Positions 29,036-40,900 of a stretch of 64,000 nucleotides of DNA are shown here, in pieces. The stretch is from NCBI GenBank assembly GCA_010909165.1, contig MU008176.1:426856-490855 (forward strand), written 5' to 3'. The notes below the pieces were generated by a model. That model worked only from the letters and a program-made list of their open reading frames with translations, was not told the origin of the DNA and did no database searches. Within the stretch, counting starts at the first letter, position 1. Every line of letters starts with the position of its first letter. Origin of the DNA: Anthoceros angustus. Lineage: Eukaryota > Plantae > Anthocerotophyta. Made by a program: the position numbers and the translations under genes.

Positions 29036-32000
29036 GAAGAAGAAGAAGAATTTTATTTAAGTCCACTAAAGACGGATTTCCGTCATGGGATTGATTTGAC
29101 ATATATACATAAAGCTCAGTGCTGTGAAGCATAATCAAATATCTGGCAAGTTGAGAAGTTGGATTTGGTTGGTCCTCATTTCCCACATTTGTTTCATGCC
29201 AACTCCTGCAATAATAGGGTCAGGAAAATTGAAAAAACCCCTGAGTGAAGATCGAGCTATTGTAAATAGATTGATAAATGTATGCCTGATATCTTCATAT
29301 ATGGGACATAGGAAAACAAAGTGTTCCTCAATCTCAACATCCCTCTTGCATAACCTGCATATTCGGGTCTCCTTAAGTGGCTTTGGACACAGCCATCTAT
29401 CAGTCTCAACCCTGAGATGGTGGGACCGCACCCAAAGATGACCCATAATCATCCTAAGCTTGAAGGACACATGGGTGCGAAGATAGAGAGGAAGCATTGG
29501 TTTCCCAAAGTTGGAAAGGATACGAAACAGTTGTTTATAAGTTTCTAGCTTAGTGGGTAAAGGAGAGATAGGAGACCAGGTATATGACAAATAGGTAGTT
29601 TGCAGTTCAAGGCAGATGGACTTATTCGGGGGAGGAGGAAGAAACTGGAAGAGGGGGTGGGCTAGAAGACTCTCGCGACAGAATCCAAACTTTGAGCGAG
29701 GAAGAAGACTGGGCATACCAGCAGGTCTTGTTTCTTGAAGAGGCTAACTTCCAGGATGACTGGAACGCAAGAAGGAGGTATGAGGGAGTGGAGGTGGGGT
29801 GATTAGACTGAGCTTCTTCAAAAGGAGTAGAGGCGGTATAGAAAGTTGGTTAGGTGGGATAGACCCTCAAGTTCAAGCGGAAAAGTAGCAGACTCTGCAA
29901 GAAAGATGGCAAGGGGGACAGACTTCTTACATGTAATGTGGGGCCGAAGAAAGGATGTCTGAACCTCCTCCACCTTGCACCAATCGTCGAGTGAGAGATA
30001 GGGTCCCCAAAACTCAGCCACATACATAGCCGAGGGAACAACAACTGTGTTGAAGAGCCATTGCTGAGTGGGGATGTCCTTGATGTGCATCATAGAGCAC
30101 TCTCTCCGAACCCCATATGCACATGCTACGCCCTTGACAATGCGAGCAGAGGCAGAGAGCTTCCACTGGAGTGTCGGGCCATAGAGAGTGCCGCCTAGGT
30201 AGACATAAGATTGGACAACCTCCACAGCACCATTGTAGAAGAACTTCAGATTGTGCTCAAGCGATCCCGGTTGAAAAACATGACCTTGGTCTTCTTCAAA
30301 GGAGAGGCGGTATAGAAAGTTGGTTAGGTGGGATAGACCCTCAAGTTCAAGCGGAAAAGTAGCAGACTCTGCAAGAAAGATGGCAAGGGGGACAGACTTC
30401 TTACATGTAATGTGGGGCCGAAGAAAGGATGTCTGAACCTCCTCCACCTTGCACCAATCGTCGAGTGAGAGATAGGGTCCCCAAAACTCAGCCACATACA
30501 TAGCCGAGGGAACAACAACTGTGTTGAAGAGCCATTGCTGAGTGGGGATGTCCTTGATGTGCATCATAGAGCACTCTCTCCGAACCCCATATGCACATGC
30601 TACGCCCTTGACAATGCGAGCAGAGGCAGAGAGCTTCCACTGGAGTGTCGGGCCATAGAGAGTGCCGCCTAGGTAGACATAAGATTGGACAACCTCCACA
30701 GGCTAACCATTGTAGAAGAACTTCAGATTGTGCTCAACTGGATCCCGCCGGTTGAAAAACATGACCTTGGTCTTTTTCAAATTCACTTCCAAAACTCTTG
30801 CCGCGCAGAAGCAGGACAACGTGTCTAGTTGTTGTTAGAGGCCCTCAGGAGAATGGGACAAAAGGACAATGTTATTTGCATAACAAGAGAATAGCTATAT
30901 ATACCAGGGAGAGGAGGCAGCAAGGATCCCAAGACTCCACAATCCAAGACTCCAGCTCATCAATGTACAAGCCAAATAAATTAGGAGAAGACGGATCTCT
31001 CTGCCGCACTCCCATATTGCAAAACAAATCTAGAAGGTCAAAAGCAACATAGGGAGTGCGGATCCTGGCCTTCAGCTTTTCATAGAGAAACTGTATGGCA
31101 TGTAGAAAATGAGCAGGCATCTCCAACCTATGAATCCGGGCAAATAGCTTCTTGCTAGAAATAGAGTCGAAAGCCCGCTTGAAATCAACAAAACATACAT
31201 AAACATGTCTATCATCCCTCCGCCTGCTCTTGACCTCCTGAATAATGGCAATGAGAGTGAAAAGATTATCCTTAATATTCCGCTCCGAACGAAACCCAGC
31301 CTGGCCCTAAGGAGCAACCACAAGCGGAATTGCTTGTTGGGCCAAGCCATTACTCAATTTTTGTACCTCATGTTGTACAAATTGCTTGGCTGCTGAGATC
31401 TGGTCTGCAACTTCGAGCCTTGAGATAGACAGTTTACCGGAGACGGCCTGCAATTCTCCCTGCACAAATTGTTTAAGTATCAAGCACTTAGTGTCCGTAG
31501 AAGTGGACGTGCGTTGCATGATGTCCTCTGTGAGTTATGGCATGTCCTTGTTGAGCATATAAGTTGCAGAAACATCTTGCTTGAAAGAGTCCATTTGCTG
31601 CTAGTGATGTTCCAAGAGATTTGATTTGAGGTGAGGGATAGCTGTCTTGGGCAAGTAGGTAGGCAATTGGTTGTTGAGGGAAGCAATTTGGTGTTGGTGT
31701 TGGATCAAATCTGCCTGAATTGTTGGGACTTCAAGAGCCAGCTTCTTTTGGAGTGCTCGAATATCCAATTGTTGAGACTGAATATTATTTTCATAATGCT
31801 GCTTATGAAGCATAGTGAGTTTTAGTGAGTTTCGGGCTTCCAAGCAACATTATGAATTTTATTTTCATAATGCTACTTGGAAGCCCGAAACTCCAACTTC
31901 AAGTCTTGCAACTCAGCCTGGGAGCCACAAGATCTGCTCGCAACTTCCTAATGTCCGTTTGGAAGGACTTGAATAATCTTTCAACTTTATTTTTGCATCT

Positions 32001-32330
32001 TGCACCCTTGGATGAGGGGGTTTGAGATTCTGAATAATCCTTAAAGAGTGTCGTTGATGCAGTATCCCCTAGAGGAGATGAGCGTGGCCTGTTGTCGCCC
32101 AGATCATCCATGGTAAATACTCCGGATAGTGTAGGACCTAGGTGGTTGTGACAGGGAATTGTAGGAATGTAATACGTTTTCCCTATCAGGCCATCGCAAA
32201 TTGCAGGAGCCAAAGCGTAGGCACACAGTGATAGGAGTGGCAGCTTGTGGGCCGTCCGATGTAGCTTGTGCGCCGTCCAACACGAAAGGCAACGATGTGC
32301 GCCGTTCGACGCACTTCAAGTAAGCATCAG
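29036..32330 (-). mobile_element. Degenerate LINE (non-LTR) retrotransposon, RTEX/L2-like C-terminus
   Basis: Coiled-coil ORF1 remnants (31600-32213); RT motifs QAGFR, CFVDFKRAFDSI, GVRQRDPSSPNLF, decayed YADD, YVYLG; C-terminal HLRVETDRW..RICRLC..EEHFVFLCP; 3' AATAAA followed by a (TTC)5 tail; stops and frameshifts. Confidence 0.85.
29829..30776. repeat. Near-perfect 474-bp tandem duplication inside the LINE RT region
   Basis: ORFs 29850..30044 and 30324..30518 are identical at offset 474; small indels only near the unit ends. Confidence 0.92.
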
Positions 32331-32757
32331 GCATCTATGATCAGCTTCAGGATCAGGCATCAGCCATCAGCAGGAAGAAATGGCATGGTGGAAAAAGTCC
32401 CATAAACGTGTTGTCAGAGATTTTGTGGTGGAAGTACATCTAACAAGCGTATTCTGAAAGTGTTATAAGTTCACATATGACAAGAGTTGATTGAAGGTTT
32501 TTTAGCTGTTCCTACAACACAAGTGTTCTAAGAATGTTCCTACAACACAAGTGTTCTAAGAAATTTTCATATCTTGAACATGAGAGTTTTAAGTGTTTTT
32601 GAGGTATTCATGAACCACAAGAGTTTCAAGAAAATTTTTCAACAACTCTTTCAAGAACTTTGAGTGTTTATGGAGATGTTCATACAACATAGGTGTTTAA
32701 AGAGTTTTTTTCCATCAAGGTTTTTCTGTTTTGGGTTTTTTTCTGGGAGTTCTCATC

Positions 32758-32880
32758 ATGGCATCGGATCAAGACATTGTTCCTTAGTTTAACACACTAA
32801 ATGGTTCCAATTTTCCTTTTTAAAAGTATTACATACAGGCAGTACTTGTTAATGAATTGGTTGATGGTTCTGAGTTTTTC
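32758..32880 (+). mobile_element. Possible copia gag N-terminal remnant
   Basis: MASDQDIVP*FNTLNGSNFPF*KYYIQAVLVNELVDGSE resembles the copia LNGxNxxxWK...VDG pattern; AT-rich decayed context. Confidence 0.35.
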
Positions 32881-33798
32881 CTGCGGGAGATAACGTGGAT
32901 GTTCAGCAAAATGAATGGTGAAAGAAAAAAAAAGGTTTTTATGATTTGACTACTTCTATTGAGGATGTGTGTCTTCCTCAAATAAGGAATAAGAAAACGT
33001 CCGCTGTTAAAATTTTCTAGTTATGAGCAGCAGGGTGTGGATCCTGTCCACGGTAAGCTTGGACATCTATTTCGCTAAGCTTGGACATCTATTTCGTTTA
33101 GAGAAATCTTGAGAATCCATTCCAGACTTTATATGGCACTTCCGTTTGGGTCATGTGGATCTTTGGAGGGTATCTCAAACTGCAAAATACTACGGTATTG
33201 ATAGTCCTCAATCGGGTTCAGGTGTATGTCAAGATTGTCGGACGCCGGGTTTCGGTTGTGATCGCTCCGCATCTCACTCACTGTAGGAGCTTCCGGGATA
33301 GGAAAGGAACCACGTCGTCGGTCATGTTTGTGCGAAATTCGATCAACTTGACAAGCCATGCACCGACGGACCGACATTCCTACTAACTACTGTATCACGC
33401 CAATGGCCGTGGATTTTTTTAGGCGAGTTCGCACCGTTGTCAAAATCCTGAAGCAAATGGCAAGTGTCGTGAATGAGGGATCTTCAGCTGGGGATTTCGA
33501 GATAGACGAATCGAGTACGACCTGTAGCAAGGGAGCCAATCCATCGACCTGCAGCCAATACAAATCCTGCTGAAGCGAATCCTCCTGTTCCTTGTGGCAC
33601 ACGGTGTGCAGTACCTAATAGCTACTGGCAATCACAGCATCCAGGTTATGAGACTTGAGTGCTCTTCTTTTTTTCTTGTATCAAGATTCCCTTCTTATAT
33701 TTTACTACCATGCCTTTCCACACAAAACCTTGATATTGTCGTATTACGTATGATCGTTGTACCTAGTCAGAAGATGCCCTTTACTTTTGCTTGGCCTG

Positions 33799-34080
33799 GA
33801 TAGCGCTGGGCACCATGTGCTAGATTTTTAGATCGTTGTTTTGGAGCAGTTGTGATGAATGCTATCACCACCTATGTACACTCATGGGGCGTGGCGTAGG
33901 AAATGGAGTTGCCGTGGAGCGGGCCCTTCTGCTATCGGATAGCTCTGGGCACCATGTGCTGGATCTTTACATGGTTTGTTTTTGAAGCAGTTCTGATCAA
34001 TTCTATCACCAGCGCCTACATTGGTGAGTCGTGGCCCAAGAAAATGGAGGCATCGTGGAGCGGGCCCTTCCGCTACCCGT
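33799..34080. repeat. Diverged tandem duplication, period about 140 bp x2
   Basis: gatagc(g/t)ctgggcaccatgtgct at 33799 and 33938; aaatggag..cgtggagcgggcccttc at about 33900 and 34040. Confidence 0.75.
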
Positions 34081-35403
34081 CCACGTTATGGAAATGTCGG
34101 TGACCTGCCTCCGGGCCCCCGACCTCCCGTAGTCCCCATCGCCCTTTCCCTCAGTCCATTGGTGCCTTTAGGACGCGGTTGCGTTTACGAGACGCGGGCT
34201 CCTTTACGAGACGCGGGCTGCCTTTACAATTCGATGAGAAAATTGGGGGATATCAACAGCAGAGACAGGATAGCACAGCCTTGCAACATGTGCTACATGT
34301 TTTACATATTCGCTGTATGAATCGTAAATCTGGGACCCAACAGCACAAGTGATCAGAGATATGCTCTTGATCAGGTGGCATATGTAAGGCATCTTATCAC
34401 CTATCAAAGTTGGGGAGAGTAACTTCAAAAGCTAGACCTACTTGGAAATAACGCCCACCATAGGCTAAACGTGCAAGCTGCCAGTTGGGGACAATGCCAT
34501 GCTACCGTGTTTGAAGCATTCTTTCTTGCGCTGTGATGCGTAAATTCAGATTGCCTGTAACAGGTCATCACTCCATCTTCTTCCATGGACCAAGAGCGTG
34601 TACACATGCGCAATTGTCATATTGAAAAGAGCTGTTTGTGACCGTGTATAATGAAGGACTTAAGGGCATGATGTCATGTAGAACCATGGGGGATGACAAG
34701 GGTATGGGGAAGGTTTTGGTTTGGGCTTTGGCGAGGGGGTCATAGAAACATGAAAAAGGGGGGAAGAAGGGTACTGTAGTCTCCGGGCACTGTATTGAGA
34801 TGCAGTCCACCGACAGGAGATGGGACAAAAAGTGCATAGCGGCAGGAAGGCGCAGGGAATCAAAGAGCATGGGAGTAACAGAAATTGTTAAACAATTTGC
34901 ATGCAAGTTGTGTCAACTTGTCAGCCGGGGTGCCGGGTAGTGACACAAGAGTCTCACAGTCAAAGTCTCACAGCTGCACATGGTGGAGGAGGGTAGCATC
35001 CAGCCATCATATAGCCGCCAGATGGTGATGATGAGTTTGTGCCAGGACATGTGTCCAGCCGGAGGGACATCTGTCAGCCGGGCTTGGCTGTTGCAGCGTC
35101 TCACGTAGCCGTCAGGCAACTGGGCCGATCGGCGCAGCTTTACCTGGCCCTGGCAATGCACGCGCACGCACACACACCTTCCCACGCGGACATGCTCCCA
35201 TCGCCTCGGCCAAACACCTTCCCAGTTCAAACAAATTTACTGTACATGTGCGCCCCTCCACGCTCCACCAGGCCCGAGCCCGGCCTGCCAGGATAAATGG
35301 CCGCGGACCCATCGAACCGGACTGACTGCCCTCCCCGCTCCTCGCCCTTCCCAATTCCTCTTCCCCGGGCCTCCTTCTCGACACAATTTTGTGGGCGATA
35401 GAG

Positions 35404-37562
35404 ATGGGTCTCGCTGCTGCCTGCACGGCGTGTGCCGCCCTGGTGGGTCTCGCGCTGGCCGCCCTTCTTGTGGGTGAGGGAATTCGGCTCCTGCTGGCCT
35501 ACAACAGGCACATGGTGATCAAGCGAACCATGCAGAGGCAGGGCGTGAGCGGGCCCAAGTACAGATTCGTGATAGGCAACATGTTCGACATCTCCAAGTT
35601 CAAGGACCAGGCCATTGCGCAAGACTTGCCTGTGGGGTGTCACGACATTGTGCCCAGAATCATCTCGCATTACTGGGTTTGGTCGCAGCAATACGGTGCG
35701 CCGCCTCTTCTTCCGGTTGCTTGCAAGACCGTTGTTTTCAACTTCCAGGGAGTTTGGAATTTGTGATCCTGGGTTTGGGGTTTTGGGCCTGCCGGACTGA
35801 ATCTGTTGGCGCATTGTGTGGGCAGGGAAGAGATTTTTGTTTTGGTGGGGGACGGAGCCGAGATTGACCGTGACGGAGCCGGAGCTGATTAAGGAGATCA
35901 TCTCCTCCAAGTTCGGGTTCTTCGAGAAGTCGGAGTTGCAGCAGAAGATGGGGCGTTTTATTCTTGGGAAAGGTTTGGTTCTGGCGCAAGGGGAGGATTG
36001 GGCGAAGCAGCGCCGGGTTGTTGGGCCTGCATTTCATGTGGAAAAGCTCAAGGTATTGGACGGTGTTTTTATTTCTTGGATCCGCGGGTGTTGTCGATGA
36101 TGTAGTCTGCGTGAAAGGAAGGAAGGAAGGAAGGACGGAAGGAAGGAAGGAAGGGTGTTGAATGAAGTGTGCTGGTGTTTGCAGGGAATGGTGGTGTCCA
36201 TGGTCAAGAGCACTGCTCAGATGCTGGAGAGATGGGAAAAGATTGTTGCGGATGGGGCCGGAGCGGCGGAAGTGGAGGTGAATGAGCACTTCTCGATGCT
36301 GACGGCAGAGATCATTTCCCAAACTGCCTTCGGTAGCAGTTACGAGAAAGGGAAGCGAGTGTTCCAGAAGCAAGTGCAACTGCAGAAGCTGTCTGTCAAG
36401 TCCTCGAAATATCTTCTCATACCGGGCTACAGGTGAGCTCGTGTGTGGAAGAAATGGCCGATGAGTTCAAATAGTGTTGTTGTTGGACGGTGAGAGATTT
36501 TGAGAGGTTCCTGATCCTTATGAGGTTGGAAATGGATTGACGATGTGCAGATTCCTGCCCACAGCGTCGAACAGAGAGATCTGGAGACTAACATCAGGCA
36601 TAGAGAGGTCCTTAAGTGAGATTGTGAAAGCACGGAAGGACTCCATCAGGCTGCTTGGAGAAAGGGCAACTCTTACTGGCACCACGGATCTGCTGGGAAT
36701 GATGCTGGCTGCGACTCAGGGAGTTGCATCTCAGAAGGACCCGAAGCATCCGGAGTTGACAGCACAACAGCTCGTGGATGAATGCAAGACGTTCTTCTTT
36801 GCTGGCCACGAAACCACTGCTTTGTTGCTTACGTGGACTATGATGCTTCTATCCCTTGAGCCAGAATGGCAAGACCGAGCCCGTGCAGAAGTGAACGAGG
36901 TCTGCAAGGGAAAAATTCCCGAGGCTGACATGCTGTGCAAGCTCAAAGTTGTAAGATTCCTCCCCAGCCCAATGTCTCCATGATGCCGTGATGCTGATCA
37001 GTTTGAAAAAAAAAAGCTTGACTGCAGGGTTACATTATTACATTGCTCTGACAGTGGGTTTGTGCCATGGCAGTTGGGGATGATTCTAAACGAGTCCCTT
37101 CGACTGTATCCTCCTGCTTCATTGCTGTCACGGCAAGCACTCAAGGACATGGACCTAGGAGACTTGTTCATTCCAGCAGGATTATCCGTGTTTGTACCAA
37201 TTCCTGCTATTCATCGAGATCCAGAAATATGGGGCCCAGATGCGCATTTATTCCGGCCTGACAGGTTTGCAGATGGGATCGCTAAAGCCTGCAGACACCC
37301 AATGGGATTTTTGCCGTTTTCTTCAGGTCCAAGGAACTGTGTTGGTCAAGCGTTTGCGACGATGGAGGCCAAACTGGTGTTGGCTATGATTCTTCAAAGA
37401 TTTTCCTTCCTCCTATCCCCAAACTATTGCCATTCGCCCATCTCTGTGCTCACTCTGAAACCACAGTACGGGATGCAGCTCGTTCTGCAGAAGCTGAGTA
37501 GACCACCAATAGGTTTGGATTTGTCAAGAACATCACACAGTAGGCAAGCGTATGCCTTTTGA
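35404..37562 (+). CDS. Cytochrome P450, clan 72 (CYP735/715/709/714-like); 5 exons (35404-35695, 35826-36052, 36185-36432, 36551-36950, 37074-37562)
   Basis: N-terminal anchor, DECKTFFFAGHETT, ESLRLYPP, FRPDRF, heme FLPFSSGPRNCVG; four-intron clan-72 layout. Confidence 0.92.
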
Positions 37563-37938
37563 CCATTTAATTTACATAGTTTCAGGTACAGACGTACTCC
37601 GTCAGTGTTCCCAGCAGACACGAAGGTAGGCACAAGGCGGATGATTGGACATCCAATACCTGGTACCTGCCGCTGGAGAAAAACTGGTGCACATATTGCA
37701 ACATCCTGACCCTGACAGATTCGTACTTCGGTGATTGCTCATCAGCATCCACAGTACACCCATCACTAACTGGCAAATGCGTGAATGCCCGCGCTTGTAC
37801 AAATCTTATTACACATTCTGGAAAGAATAAAGTTATCAAATATTTCACTAGAATCCCAATCGGGTTCACTGAAATAGTCCGTACCAGACAAGTCCCTCCG
37901 CAAGAGACCATCCGCGAGCGAGTGCAGTATGCAATCGC

Positions 37939-40900
37939 TCAGTTCATGAACTGTCTACAGTTCGCAGCCCCACAAAGGCACTCGACTTTCTTGTCCTCCG
38001 GATCAAATCGATAGTCATACCTGCAGGAGACAAGAGTATTTGAGACACAGGCAATCAGGATTGCAGCTGAGAAAAGACGCCTCAAGAACTTTAAGGTTAA
38101 CACACTCACGTCAGCTCTTCACCCGCCTTCACGTCCTTGCGTGCCATCAGCACGACCCGGCTGCGAATCTCCGCATTTTCATCAACTTCCTCAAATATTT
38201 TGGAATAGCAACTTGGGTCACACTGCGAACAAGAAGAACTGTCAGCAACTACTTGGGGAGGCGTTCAAGAACAAAAGGCCGCGTGTCTCATCAAAAGTAG
38301 CAGATGCAGAAAGCGTCACATACAGAGTGGTTAATCAGTCTGCCCAAATTGCCCTTATCTGTCGCATCGATGACTTCGTCTTCATTAACTTTAAAAAGCT
38401 GCAAGACGTGAAGCAACAACGCAGAAAATTTAGCACCGTATATCCGTAACATAAGCACGAAGTCGAAGACAGATAGAGAAAGTTCGCAAGAGGCTGGAGT
38501 CGGGTTAATAGCCAGAACGCACGTAGCAATCCTTCCCCTGTATGCGGTAATGCTCCTCCCGCAAATCAGCAACACTGCCACGGACTCTCTCCCCACGGTA
38601 TTCCAGGACCTGAAAGACAAGAAATGAGTAATGAATATCACCATATGTCGGAAGAAACCTGCTCTAAAAGTCTCATATTTCTAACCACTGGCATACCATT
38701 TCACCCTCCTTGATCGCCCGCCGAGCAAAGAGCCCCCACCCGTGAATTGCAGATTTTCCAAAACAGACTCGGTTTTTCTCCATTTCCTAAATTCCAAACA
38801 AGAAACAAATTGAGTAAAAACTTCTTGAAGAACTCCCACGAGAAGATTAAAAAGTACTGCTTGAGCAGCACAGGATGCCACTGTAAAGGAGACAAACCGG
38901 AAGAGACGCGAGTCGCTCTTTGATTGTCAAGCCTGGCTCCACATAATCCTGCCAAGAAAATCAGTGAGTTTTGTTAGGCCGAACATTGAACATAGTAGAA
39001 CAGCACATCTCACTACAAGAAATTGCTGTCAAGTTTCTTAACAGGACAAAACGCAATGAGGCTGCAAGCTCTCACCCTCAGCGCGTTAATGTCTTCTGCA
39101 GAATGCCAGCTGATGCCGGTAACTCGATAGGCTATAGCTTCACCCCTCCTCCGCTATAAGAAATTAAAAAAATGAGAAACAACTCCACTCAGTAACCAAC
39201 CTGAACAGGTGCTATGTCTAGAATGAGAGCCTGCACTTCTTTACATCACACCTAGCAAAAATTGCCTCAAAGAACCAAAGTATGTGCTTTAAATACCTGG
39301 GACTTTTTATGTTTGTCCTGGGCATCATATGGCCGACACCTTGCGGAAGAAGAAGTCTCGCCATTTGATTTCTCAAACTTGGCATCCAGCTTACGAGTCA
39401 AGTTACTTCCAGAGAGGATGCCGACAACACTTGCTGCCCCTCTGGAGTATGTAATATCTCTCTTTTCTGCAACCTTTCCTTCTGGTGAGGTCAGCTGCAG
39501 CCTACCCTCGGGGTTTGGAGTCCTGCAACGACCAGTTACAACAACAAATATAACATCCCGTCGTATAACGACCAGCCCTTCATCAACGGGCACAGGGAGC
39601 TGAACAGCTTAATATTACCTGTGAACAGAACAATATGATATCATTCGGGTGACACCAACCCCATTCCTATCGTTATAGCTGTTTATCTGTGTGCAGTCCG
39701 TCCTTAGCGTTAGCCAATGCTGGAAAGTGAGCTTCAGGTTGGAAAGGAAACCATAGTGACATCAAAAGGGCAGAAACTATACCTCCATGTAATAGCCAGC
39801 ATTGAATGCACACATTGTGTGATAAACCTTTCGACACTTGCTACCACAGCACTGTATAACAGCCCCATGCACTTGGCGGCAAATAACACAAGCCTTCAAC
39901 ACATAAATTAGCAATCAGACAACAGTACATAGAATCCTAAACTGCAGGCCACCTTGCATTACTCAACTTGCCGTGAAATGGACCAATGAAATACTGAAGA
40001 CAGGGCAAAGGGGTCCACCTGTCGAAACAATGCCAAATCAATGTTGGTAATTCCCTCGGCAGGTTCCATCTTCGCAGCACTCTTGAATGTTACCTCCCGA
40101 ATGAACCAAGCACATGTAACGTGCACCCAATACCCACTAACACTGGTGGGTTTCATTGCCCCTCCTGTATATAAAACAGCCCTCTTCATGTCAATGAATA
40201 TGTGAACTGAGGTTGGTTGCTCAATAAACAAGTTTAATCAGGGCTCAAACAAGTATCAGCTCATGTAATCTCAGGACTACATCAGTCTATTTTACAGGTT
40301 TCAGGACTTGTGCAACAAATCATAGTTGCAGGATTCTTTCTATTGAAGCATAGGTTTTGCAGATGATATAACAGAGAGAGACGAGCTAAGAGCCAGAATA
40401 TAATGCTTAAAACATGAGTGCAACATACCTTTCACTGGACATAAGCAACATTCTCGCTCAATCTCAGGAGTTTCGCAAGCTCGGCAAACCCAAGGGCCAG
40501 ATTTGTCGGAGTGTTGTACACCATAGCACTCTTGGTGTACCGCAATCTGGCATCTACAGTTTTTGAACAACATAGACATCAGACACAGCCTTGGGCACCA
40601 AAGGCAGGCACAGGTGTAACATAGTGCTCAGCCCATCCACAAACTAGGGAAGACTAACAATGTTGCATCACCACACCTGTTACAGATTATCATCTTGTTG
40701 TAGTCGTAATCCTCTACCCAACGACATACACCACACCTTTCAGTCGTAAATGTTGCTCTGACTGGCTCATACGGCACTGCAAGAAGGAGGCATAGTATCA
40801 GCGGGCCAGGCAGAAGGAACACTTGAGAAGCCTGCACCAAACGGACTTCCAGAATTTCCAGGCTCCTGCACCAAACTTACGCCAAATTTACAACTGGATT

